This document shows positions 18,843-27,519 of a DNA stretch of 33,546 bases, piece after piece. The notes under the pieces were generated by a model. It was not told where the DNA came from, did no database searches, and worked only from the letters and a program-made list of their open reading frames with translations. The position numbers and the translations under genes are program-made. Within the stretch, counting starts at the first letter, position 1; each line of letters opens with the position of its first letter. The stretch covers positions 1 through 33,546 of the forward strand of contig CAWVSO010000002.1 of NCBI GenBank assembly GCA_963932585.1, given 5' to 3'. The DNA is from an uncultured euryarchaeote. Its GTDB lineage: Archaea; Halobacteriota; Halobacteria; Halobacteriales; Hikarchaeaceae.

Positions 18843-19292
18843 CTATAGAAGGGATTTTTTAGCTTCCACTGCCTTTTCAAAAGTTCCATTCCTATCATCT
18901 AAACTAGCAATTGCTTCAACAACTTCTAATGTTCTAATAGAATCATCTATGAAAGAAACAACATCTGAAATATATGAGTATACCATGTAATCCTCTCCCA
19001 TTTTATGTATAATTTCTTCTGGAGTTCTTCCCTCGCTCCTCAATTCTAGCATGTATTCCATAAATTTTTTCTCGGGATGCTTACAATATGGATTGGACTC
19101 ACAATCACAATTCAAAAAATCTTTAGCGAAAGCATAAATGTATTTTCTAATAGATGCATCAACTCTATCGATATCCCCTGTAAAAACAAGATCTAGAGTT
19201 GCACCACTAAATACTTTTTTTGGAACTCTGCAATCCATTTGTGAACATATCTGCGTGTGATTCTTGAGATAAATTCTATCTGTTATTGCCAC
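18843..19292 (-). CDS. Cys-rich conserved archaeal protein of unknown function (possibly DUF5814-like)
   Basis: 149 aa. GTG start giving MAITDRIYLKNH...; metal-site-like CDCESNPYCKHPEKKF. My recollection is that haloarchaeal DUF5814 proteins look like this, but that is unverified. Alternative ATG start at 19238. Confidence 0.55.
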   Translation of the reverse strand: MAITDRIYLKNHTQICSQMDCRVPKKVFSGATLDLVFTGDIDRVDASIRKYIYAFAKDFLNCDCESNPYCKHPEKKFMEYMLELRSEGRTPEEIIHKMGEDYMVYSYISDVVSFIDDSIRTLEVVEAIASLDDRNGTFEKAVEAKKSLL

Positions 19293-19378
19293 GTCTATTA
19301 CTTAACCAATCTCGAAGGTAATAAAATCTCCTTCAGAGTCGGAATGTATTTTACTTGAGGCAAAGTATTTTTATCAGT

Positions 19379-19451
19379 GTCCGGGTTAGGGTAGTGGTTA
19401 TCCTTCCGGCTTGTGGAGCCCGAGACGCGGGTTCAATTCTCGCACCCGGAC
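19379..19451 (+). tRNA. tRNA-His (anticodon GTG) with genome-encoded G-1, no encoded CCA
   Basis: Hand-folded cloverleaf. G-1 at 19379 pairs with discriminator C19451. Acceptor tccgggt/acccgga. D arm gggt-agtggtta-tcct. Anticodon arm ccggc-TTGTGGA-gcccg with one C-C mismatch. 4-nt variable loop. T arm gcggg-ttcaatt-ctcgc. Confidence 0.88.
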
Positions 19452-19458
19452 CTTTTTA
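19452..19458 (+). terminator. Oligo-T tract immediately after the tRNA (archaeal-type termination signal)
   Basis: cTTTTTa directly follows the discriminator base. Archaeal RNA polymerase terminates at T-runs. Confidence 0.4.
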
Positions 19459-19560
19459 TTTACTATTCATTTTTATCTACAGAACATTACTTGCCAAGTA
19501 TCTAAAAAGCATTCAAATCCATTTCAAATATCTTAAATTCATTTAAATTATAATCTACCT

Positions 19561-20811
19561 ATGGACAATAGCGCAATAAGGTCAACTGATCCCATTCTAT
19601 CTGATCTACTAGATAACGAATTAAAACGCCAAAGAGAAACTTTAGCTCTCATCGCTAGTGAAAATCATGTCTCAAAATCTGTTTTACAGGCCCAGGGAAG
19701 CATTCTTACAAATAAATATGCAGAAGGATATCCTGGATCAAGATATTATGGCGGATGCGAACATGTAGATGGCATCGAACAACTTGCCATCGACAGGGCA
19801 AAAGAAATATGGGGCTGTGAATATGCCAATGTCCAACCTCATTCTGGAACTCAAGCAAACATGGGTGTTTATTTTGCAGTATTAAATCCAGGAGACAAAA
19901 TATTGTCTATGTCTTTAACCCATGGTGGTCATCTGAGCCATGGCCACCCTGCAAATTTTTCAGGAAAGTTTTATGAAATTAGACACTATGAAGTTGATCA
20001 TTCTACTGGATATATAGATTATGAATCCATGGAATCTATAGCAAAAGAATTTAAACCAGACATGATTGTATCTGGCTTTTCTGCATATCCTCGAATTGTA
20101 GAATGGGAAAAATTCCAAGAAGTTGCAGAAGACATCGGCGCTTACCATCTAGCTGATATGGCACATATAACAGGATTAGTTGCTGGAGGTCAACATCCAT
20201 CTCCTATGAAATTCTCTGATTTTGTAACTGGTTCTACTCATAAAACAATTAGGTCTGGAAGAGGGGGTATTATTTTATGCAATGATCAAGATTATATTTC
20301 TAAAATTAACACTGCAGTTATGCCAGGAATGCAGGGAGGTCCTCTTCTTCATAACATTGCTGGAAAAGCAGCTGGATTTGCAGAGGCACTAACCCCCGAA
20401 TTTTCCGATTACACATCTCATGTTGTTGCAAATGCAAAATCTTTATGCAATGCCATTTCTGAAGGCGGACTGAAGATAGTATCAGGTGGAACAGACACAC
20501 ACATAGTTCTAGTTGATCTACGCGATTCCCACCCCGATCTCACTGGAAAAGAAGTTCAAAATAAATTAGAATCTGTAAACATGGTCCTTAACGCAAACAC
20601 TGTTCCTGGAGAAACTAGATCTCCATTTTTAGCTAGTGGGATCCGTATAGGGACTCCAGCTATCACAACTCGTGGTTTCACCGAAACTGACTGTAAATTT
20701 GTTGGAGAACTCATAGTTAAAATGATCAACAACATCAATGACAATGCAACAAAGTCTTTTGTTTTAAATGAAATTAAAACTCTCTGTGAAAAATATCCCT
20801 TATATCTCTAG
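19561..20811 (+). CDS. glyA: Serine hydroxymethyltransferase
   Basis: 416 aa. LIASENHVS, YAEGYPGSRYYGGCE and PLP-lysine block TGSTHKTIRSGRGG. Confidence 0.96.
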   Translation: MDNSAIRSTDPILSDLLDNELKRQRETLALIASENHVSKSVLQAQGSILTNKYAEGYPGSRYYGGCEHVDGIEQLAIDRAKEIWGCEYANVQPHSGTQANMGVYFAVLNPGDKILSMSLTHGGHLSHGHPANFSGKFYEIRHYEVDHSTGYIDYESMESIAKEFKPDMIVSGFSAYPRIVEWEKFQEVAEDIGAYHLADMAHITGLVAGGQHPSPMKFSDFVTGSTHKTIRSGRGGIILCNDQDYISKINTAVMPGMQGGPLLHNIAGKAAGFAEALTPEFSDYTSHVVANAKSLCNAISEGGLKIVSGGTDTHIVLVDLRDSHPDLTGKEVQNKLESVNMVLNANTVPGETRSPFLASGIRIGTPAITTRGFTETDCKFVGELIVKMINNINDNATKSFVLNEIKTLCEKYPLYL

Positions 20812-20880
20812 ATATCCCCAAACGCAACTTTTAAACTAACAATCCAAGGCTTAAAATGTCTCCAGATTAAACTCAGTATA

Positions 20881-21765
20881 ATGGTTCATATCATCGATGG
20901 AAATGAAATCGCAGCAACTATTAAAAACGATCTCAAACCCAAAATAGAAGCACTAAATGATTTAGGAATTGTACCTGGACTGGCCACAGTTTTAATGAGT
21001 GACGATCCCGCAAGCAATACCTATGTCTCTATGAAACAACGAGATTGCAAAGAACTTGGAATGAATGCCCTAGACATAGTACTTGATCCAAGTTCCCCTG
21101 CGAAAGATCTGTACTCTGCAATAGAAGATCTAAATTCAAACCAACAAGTACATGGATATCTTGTACAAATGCCTTTGCCAAACCAAATAAGTGAAAAAAA
21201 TGTAATTTCTCGCATAGATCCACTAAAAGATGTTGATGGGTTCCATCCCGAAAATGTGGGACTTCTAGTTTCTGGCAATCCTAGATATAAACCTTGCACG
21301 CCACACGGTATCCAAAAATTACTCGAATCAATTGAAGTAGATCCTTCTGGGAAAGACGTGGTCGTAGTTGGGAGGTCGAATATTGTTGGCAAACCCCTAG
21401 CGAATCTACTCATTCAAAAATCCATAGGTGGCAATGCAACAGTTACTATATGTCATTCTAGAACTTCTGATCTGGCGAAAAAAACACTTGCAGCAGACAT
21501 TATAATAGCTGCCGTTGGAGTCCCTGAATTAATCGATGGAACTATGGTATCCGACGGAGCAATCATCATAGATGTCGGTGTCAACCGTGTAGATGATAAT
21601 AGCGATAAAGGATATCATCTAGTTGGTGATGTAGAGTTCAACAGTGTTAGTAAAAAAGCGGCAGCAATCACACCTGTACCCGGTGGAGTTGGCCCCATGA
21701 CCCGTGCCATGTTAATGTATAATACTGTACAAGCGGCAAGTCTACAAGCCAATATCACCTTATAG
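20881..21765 (+). CDS. folD: Bifunctional methylenetetrahydrofolate dehydrogenase/methenyltetrahydrofolate cyclohydrolase
   Basis: 294 aa. PGLATVLMSDDPASNTYVSMKQR, DVDGFHPENVG, VVVGRSNIVGKPLANLL and ITPVPGGVGPMT. Confidence 0.95.
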   Translation: MVHIIDGNEIAATIKNDLKPKIEALNDLGIVPGLATVLMSDDPASNTYVSMKQRDCKELGMNALDIVLDPSSPAKDLYSAIEDLNSNQQVHGYLVQMPLPNQISEKNVISRIDPLKDVDGFHPENVGLLVSGNPRYKPCTPHGIQKLLESIEVDPSGKDVVVVGRSNIVGKPLANLLIQKSIGGNATVTICHSRTSDLAKKTLAADIIIAAVGVPELIDGTMVSDGAIIIDVGVNRVDDNSDKGYHLVGDVEFNSVSKKAAAITPVPGGVGPMTRAMLMYNTVQAASLQANITL

Positions 21766-21772
21766 CAATTTA

Positions 21773-22873
21773 TTATTTTTTCTTCTTTTTCAAAACAGAT
21801 TTATTTTGTTTAACTGCATTTTCACTGATCATTTTGGGCAATACCAACTCAGCAAAATGCAATAACAGAACAAACAGCATAGGGCCTAAAAATATCCCAT
21901 ACCACCCAAATACTAAAGGACCAAATATGTACGAAAACATCATCATTCCTACATGTAAATTTTTACCAGAAATATATGGTCGAATTATAAGATCTGGAAT
22001 GCAATCCACAACTACAAAAGAAATCACTAAGAATAATACGGGCACCCACATCACTCCTGGTTCTCCCAAAACTAATCCTTGTATCAGCATATATAATGTT
22101 GCTGGTACATAGATAATTTTCATTCCTATTATTGGAATCAGACTAGCTATACCTGCTAGTATTCCTAATAGCGCTGGGTAAGGAATTTCAATAACATCCC
22201 TTGCAAAGAATGCAATAATTGTATATACAAACACACCTATTGCAGCAGTCAATAGGACATTAACTATATTCCCAAAAATAACTTGGTTTAAACTTTGGTC
22301 AACTCTATCGAAGTATGCTTCAAATACTCCCATTTTATCCACAAAATTACTTTCAATCCATTTTCTTAATTTTCTATCTCCTGTGAGCAAATAAAATGCA
22401 ATCGCCATAGTGATAAATACATTAATGATGACATTCCCTAATAGCGATAAATACATCGTAGCTCTGCCTAAACTCCTCCCAAATGCATCCAAAATACCCT
22501 CTGATAACAACTGTCCTGGAGACGAGGTCAATGATGATATTTCAATATATGGTGCCAAATACACTGCTATGTTTTCGAGCTGATATTGTCTAATGACTCC
22601 TTCAAGTTCCTGAACCCCCACCATCAAACTGTATATTACTATCATTGAGATTGGAAGCACAAGTAACACCAAAGATAATAAAGCTGCTACTGTGTGGGAT
22701 TTAACTTTAGTTTTTATCCGTGTATATACTGGTCTAGAAGCATAGTATACGAATAGTCCTAATACAAATGTACCAATAAATTCGTATATAACAAAACCCA
22801 CTATTGCCAATAAAAATAATCCAAATATTCCCCAAAAAAATATAGACATACCAATATCATTTTTTCTTATCAT
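21773..22873 (-). CDS. AI-2E family transporter (PerM-like permease)
   Basis: About 366 aa with about 8 TM helices. Loop and TM arrangement and length are typical of the AI-2E/UPF0118 family. The track start is TTG 22882; ATG at 22873 (MIRKND...) is preferred. Confidence 0.65.
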   Translation of the reverse strand: MIRKNDIGMSIFFWGIFGLFLLAIVGFVIYEFIGTFVLGLFVYYASRPVYTRIKTKVKSHTVAALLSLVLLVLPISMIVIYSLMVGVQELEGVIRQYQLENIAVYLAPYIEISSLTSSPGQLLSEGILDAFGRSLGRATMYLSLLGNVIINVFITMAIAFYLLTGDRKLRKWIESNFVDKMGVFEAYFDRVDQSLNQVIFGNIVNVLLTAAIGVFVYTIIAFFARDVIEIPYPALLGILAGIASLIPIIGMKIIYVPATLYMLIQGLVLGEPGVMWVPVLFLVISFVVVDCIPDLIIRPYISGKNLHVGMMMFSYIFGPLVFGWYGIFLGPMLFVLLLHFAELVLPKMISENAVKQNKSVLKKKKK

Positions 22874-22945
22874 ACCTTTCAATCTTATTCCATAACAAAA
22901 AGTTTTCCGGCCCGAAAAATATCTAAATTATATTCAATTTATGTT

Positions 22946-23596
22946 CTATTCAATTCTTTTTGCAACTTTTGCATCTATCAATATTTTAGCATTTTCTTCT
23001 GGCAGCGAGACTATGTCCCCTTCATCTAGGTTGTATGTTTCTCCATCAACGCCATAAATTTCTCCCACTCCCTGGACCATTTTCAATTCAATTTTAGACA
23101 AATCCGATACTATTCCATCATTAAGTGTACTTCTATCATTTTCATCAGAATTTTCTTCTTGAGAATCCGTTATATCTGTATCTATCGCACTTGCCATATC
23201 ATCATTCATGTCACCATCCGAAATAATTTTTAAAATAGCATTTCTATTCTCTCTTAACAACATAACTAGATTTTTAAATAATATTTCCTCTTCTTCAGAC
23301 ATACTTACATCTTCATCTCTGAGACCTGCAGCTGCAAGACTAGCAACTTTGAGCATTTTCCCAACTCTCCTGCCATAAATAATCTCGACAACTTCTTTCA
23401 CCGATTTAATTTCATCTTCCAACCTACGATTTATTTTGTTACTTCCCTGGGTGGGGTTTTTCAAAACATCTTCTCTCTCTATTTGAAGGCCTTTGATATA
23501 TTCTGCAACATCTTTGTAAAACGACCTTAACAAAGGCTGCAAATCACCCCTAGTTCGTTCTTCAATCTGTATTTGTCGTAGTTCTTCTAGATTCAT
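22946..23596 (-). CDS. GINS complex subunit (Gins51/Gins15-type)
   Basis: 216 aa. N-terminal helical A-domain pattern LEELRQIQIEERTRGDLQPLLRSFYKDVAEYIKGL ... EEEEILFKNLVMLLRENR, as in archaeal Gins51. ATGA overlap with the upstream priS, a linkage known in archaea. Confidence 0.72.
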   Translation of the reverse strand: MNLEELRQIQIEERTRGDLQPLLRSFYKDVAEYIKGLQIEREDVLKNPTQGSNKINRRLEDEIKSVKEVVEIIYGRRVGKMLKVASLAAAGLRDEDVSMSEEEEILFKNLVMLLRENRNAILKIISDGDMNDDMASAIDTDITDSQEENSDENDRSTLNDGIVSDLSKIELKMVQGVGEIYGVDGETYNLDEGDIVSLPEENAKILIDAKVAKRIE

Positions 23597-24768
23597 TCTT
23601 TTATTTTTTCAGCTTTTCCACGCGCCATCATAAACATGGCAGCATATTCAGGAAGTGTAACAATGCCTTCTGAGGCAGTAAACGTTTCTCCTCCTATTTC
23701 TATAGATATATCTTCTTTAACTTTTACATTTATCTCGTATTTTTTAAATCTATTTGGAACTGCATCTACTAATGGGTCAAATTTATCTAAATCATTATAT
23801 TCAATCGGCTTCACCTGCAAAGATGTCCCACCATGAAGGCTCAGCGGCAAACGAATCAATCTGTGCAAATCTGTTGTTACTGGCTCGTCTATTAATGCAG
23901 ATTTCTTCTCGACAACACTTGGAACTAATTTCCCAACCAATTTAAAAAAATCTGGATGCACATCTATGTTTCCTATACTAATCTCTTCGTATTTTTTTCG
24001 AATAACTACTAATATATTTTTTGCCGTTTTAGATCCTATCCCATCAAAACTCTGCAATTGCTTAACTGCGCTCTCGTCATCCAATTTAGAAAGGTCTTCA
24101 ATATAGTTTAATATTTCTCGATGGACCTTTTCACTCCATCCTCCCATGGTCCCAATACTTTTTTTATGAGTGGGATTTTTCAACCCAATCCCTCCTACAA
24201 CCTCCTTATTAACTAGCGTTTCAATCCCTATACCTGACCCTATTAGATAATTTACAATTTCCCTCCTGGCAGAACGGTCCAATTCTCTAACTCCCTCATC
24301 TCTCACATGAACATGATACCCCCTCCCTCCTGAAAAAACTATCTCTGGGTTTGAAAAATTAAAATCTTCTATGATAAAATCAAGTAGTTTCCATAATTCT
24401 TCTTTACAAGCTAATAACATATCTGCATAGGTATCCTTTTCCGGGGAAATGGAAGGCAAGTGATCTGCATCTAAATCAAAAATTAAATCCGACCCAATCC
24501 ATTTTTTCCCCATCATCGAAGGAGTGCCAGGACTCTGATATGTGCCTGCAGAAAAATAAACGTGTTTCGGGCGATTTTCTATCAAAAATTGATGTAAATT
24601 CCCTGTACTCAAAAGCGACTGATGCCTTTTCATAATGGTTCCCTTTCCAATTGTCCACGGAATAAAACCCCATTCTCTTCTTTCTGCTGAAGGTGGCAGG
24701 TATGGATTTGTGTACCTATAGTAATCTCTAAACCGCCCACGAAGATATTCCAACGTTCTATCTTCCAT
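23593..24768 (-). CDS. priS: DNA primase small (catalytic) subunit PriS
   Basis: Catalytic motifs DLIFDLDADH and SGGRGYHVHV. N-terminus MEDRTLEYLRGRFRDYY from ATG 24768. The track start 24789 is TTG. Confidence 0.9.
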   Translation of the reverse strand: MEDRTLEYLRGRFRDYYRYTNPYLPPSAERREWGFIPWTIGKGTIMKRHQSLLSTGNLHQFLIENRPKHVYFSAGTYQSPGTPSMMGKKWIGSDLIFDLDADHLPSISPEKDTYADMLLACKEELWKLLDFIIEDFNFSNPEIVFSGGRGYHVHVRDEGVRELDRSARREIVNYLIGSGIGIETLVNKEVVGGIGLKNPTHKKSIGTMGGWSEKVHREILNYIEDLSKLDDESAVKQLQSFDGIGSKTAKNILVVIRKKYEEISIGNIDVHPDFFKLVGKLVPSVVEKKSALIDEPVTTDLHRLIRLPLSLHGGTSLQVKPIEYNDLDKFDPLVDAVPNRFKKYEINVKVKEDISIEIGGETFTASEGIVTLPEYAAMFMMARGKAEKIKE

Positions 24769-24807
24769 TATGAAACATCTAACTTTCAATAAGTAAACTC
24801 TTTTGCG

Positions 24808-25266
24808 TTATATTGTTTCATTTTCTGCTGAATTAAATTCTAAATAATAAGCATGGCCTTTATCTTCGTAGTATCCACTAACCAATTTCACCTTAATAAA
24901 TCCCATTTTTTCATAGAATCTAAGTGCTCCTGTGTTTGTAGTCCTAACATGGCACGTTATATTTTTATACCTTTCATTCACCAAATCTACTAGGTATCTC
25001 CCAACCCCATATCTTCGGCATTTCTGACCAACAGCAATGAAAAAAATATAACCATCATCCCGAACTGCTATAAATCCCATTAACTCTTTTGTTTCTCCAT
25101 CAATACACCAGTAAATTCCTGCCCTATGATAAGTTCCCGTGAAAAACCCCCATTCTTGTTTCAATAAATTCTCATTTTCTCTTATCTTTTCTTTAAGCCC
25201 CCATGCCTCATTCACCAAATAACTGTCTCCTGAATCTATCCATAGCAATTCAAAACGACTTTTCAC
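24808..25266 (-). CDS. GNAT-family N-acetyltransferase
   Basis: 152 aa. Acetyl-CoA binding motif A region IAVGQKCRRYGVGRYLVDLV and ALRFYEKMGF. GTG start. Confidence 0.8.
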   Translation of the reverse strand: MKSRFELLWIDSGDSYLVNEAWGLKEKIRENENLLKQEWGFFTGTYHRAGIYWCIDGETKELMGFIAVRDDGYIFFIAVGQKCRRYGVGRYLVDLVNERYKNITCHVRTTNTGALRFYEKMGFIKVKLVSGYYEDKGHAYYLEFNSAENETI

Positions 25267-25407
25267 TATGAACTTTAACGGGAGTCCTATTATGATAACT
25301 CCATTCTTTATTATCTATTTGATATTCAAAATTTAATAATTTTATATTCGCATTTCAAAATGCAGACCTCTAAGTTATTCGATTATATATGCCAACACGA
25401 ATTCATT

Positions 25408-25818
25408 ATGCAATATCACCTCAGAGATCACACAGCAGATATAGCAGTTGAATCCATTGCACCAACACTTGAAGAGGCTTTTGCTGGGATAGCTGAAGGA
25501 TTAGCATCTGCACATTCTGACGATCCACTTTCTGGAGGTGCCAAATTCAATTTCACTATTTCCTCTGAATCACTCGAATCACTTCTATTCGATTTTCTTG
25601 CTACACTCATATACGAACGAGATATCTATGATGTTTTGCCAATAAACCACACAGTTCAAATAGAACAAAACAAAACAAACTGGTCTCTGTCTTCAGTTTA
25701 TCACGGCGTCCCTATATCCTCCATAACCTCTCGTGAAATCAAAGCAGTAACCTATTCTGATATGGCAATCGAACGAATACCTTCTGGCTGGAAACTCTAC
25801 GTTGTTTTCGACGTTTAA
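25408..25818 (+). CDS. Archease (RtcB activator)
   Basis: Family N-terminus MQYHLRDHTADIAVES from ATG 25408 (the track start 25360 adds 16 atypical residues). C-terminal KAVTYSDMAI. Adjacent to rtcB. Confidence 0.85.
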   Translation: MQYHLRDHTADIAVESIAPTLEEAFAGIAEGLASAHSDDPLSGGAKFNFTISSESLESLLFDFLATLIYERDIYDVLPINHTVQIEQNKTNWSLSSVYHGVPISSITSREIKAVTYSDMAIERIPSGWKLYVVFDV

Positions 25819-25869
25819 TTACCAAAAAATTAAAAGGATGGCATTCTACTAATATCTAACATATAACCA

Positions 25870-27327
25870 ATGACCACATTTGAAACAGAAAATATATCTC
25901 TAAATCAGATAGGGGAATTTATGTGGGAAATCCCCCGCTCAGGCGACATGATAGTCCCTGCCAGGATCCTTGCAAGTAAAAAATTATTAGGTCAAATTTC
26001 TAAAGATAAAACACTTGAACAGCTAAAAAACACGGCATCACTCCCTGGAATACAAAAATATGCACTTTGCATGCCAGATGGACATCAAGGTTATGGATTC
26101 CCCGTAGGTGGTGTAGTGGCAACCGATGCACACACTGGTTGCATCTCACCTGGGGGTGTGGGGTACGATATAAATTGTGGGGTCCGTATGATAACAACAA
26201 ATTTATCATACAAAGATATCCTGGGAAAAGAAAAATCTTTATCCCGGCTTCTTTTTGATAAAATTCCAACAGGGATGGGCGGCGGGGGTATCATAAACAC
26301 ATCATCTCAGGATATAGAAGATATATTATCCAATGGTTCCGAGTGGGCCCTATCCAATGGATATGCAATTCCCAAAGATCTAGACCATTGTGAAGATGGT
26401 GGGAAACGGACAGATGCAGATCATACAAAAGTATCTCACAAGGCAAAACAAAGAGGAAAAAATCAAGTTGGATCCTTGGGATCTGGAAATCATTTTTTAG
26501 AAGTCCAGCGCGTTTCAGAAATATTCCGAGAAGATGTGGCAAATTCTTATGGTTTATCTGTAGATCAAATAGTCATTCTTATACATACTGGATCTAGGGG
26601 ATTGGGACATCAAACGTGTTCTGACTATCTTAGAAAAATAGAAATAGAACATGCTGATTTTTTAACACAATTACCTGACAAAGAACTTGCAGCAGCACCT
26701 GCTGGCAGTGAACTGGCCAATGATTATTATGCTGCAATGTGCGCCTGCATTAATTTTGCATGGAACAATAGACAAATAATTACTCATGCTGTAAGGATGG
26801 TATTTGAAGAGATATTCCAAAATCCCTGGGAAGATCTAGACATGAACCTACTTTATGATGTTTCTCACAACATAGCAAAGAAAGAAGTCCATATCATTGA
26901 TGGGTCCCCTCGCGAATTATTTGTCCATCGAAAAGGGGCAACCAGGGCATTTCCAATAGGGCGATTAGAATTACCTTTGGACTTTAGAAATGTTGGCCAA
27001 CCAGTACTCATCCCCGGGAGCATGGGTTCTGATAGTTATATCTTGCGTGGCGGCACGGAATCCATTGATTTAACATTTGGATCAACTGCACATGGTGCAG
27101 GAAGGATACTTAGTAGGACCCAGGCAAAAAAAATCTTTAACGCATCTGAAATCTTGAAACAACTGAAAGAAAAAAACATACATGTTATGGCAAAAAGCGA
27201 TGCCACCATATCTGAGGAAGCCCCTGGTGTATACAAGGACGTTTCTGAAGTGGTTAATATATCTGATTCTCTTGGTATTGGTGACAAAGTGGCACGAACC
27301 TTCCCCGTTGTCAATATCAAGGGATAA
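25870..27327 (+). CDS. rtcB: RNA-splicing ligase RtcB (3'-phosphate/5'-hydroxyl RNA ligase)
   Basis: 485 aa, no intein. PDGHQGYGFPVGGV, GYDINCGVR, GSGNHFLE, HTGSRGLGHQ, HNIA, HRKGAT and STAHGAGR. Confidence 0.96.
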   Translation: MTTFETENISLNQIGEFMWEIPRSGDMIVPARILASKKLLGQISKDKTLEQLKNTASLPGIQKYALCMPDGHQGYGFPVGGVVATDAHTGCISPGGVGYDINCGVRMITTNLSYKDILGKEKSLSRLLFDKIPTGMGGGGIINTSSQDIEDILSNGSEWALSNGYAIPKDLDHCEDGGKRTDADHTKVSHKAKQRGKNQVGSLGSGNHFLEVQRVSEIFREDVANSYGLSVDQIVILIHTGSRGLGHQTCSDYLRKIEIEHADFLTQLPDKELAAAPAGSELANDYYAAMCACINFAWNNRQIITHAVRMVFEEIFQNPWEDLDMNLLYDVSHNIAKKEVHIIDGSPRELFVHRKGATRAFPIGRLELPLDFRNVGQPVLIPGSMGSDSYILRGGTESIDLTFGSTAHGAGRILSRTQAKKIFNASEILKQLKEKNIHVMAKSDATISEEAPGVYKDVSEVVNISDSLGIGDKVARTFPVVNIKG

Positions 27328-27519
27328 AATCAACTCTCTAAAATTTTCCGAATTTGAATGTATTTTAGAAGCCGATAAATCTCTTCCAATTGTTTTCTAT
27401 CCTCATAGGCAACAAACACTGCATCAAGGGAACCTCTATAATTTTCTAATTGATTAATTGTACTTTCATTCGTCCCAGATTAATAAACTATATTTAACCA
27501 TAACACATCATATCTATCA

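Noticed and set aside
19355-19546. 63-aa TTG-started ORF
   Set aside because: It reads straight through the tRNA-His gene and the AT-rich glyA promoter region, so it is spurious.
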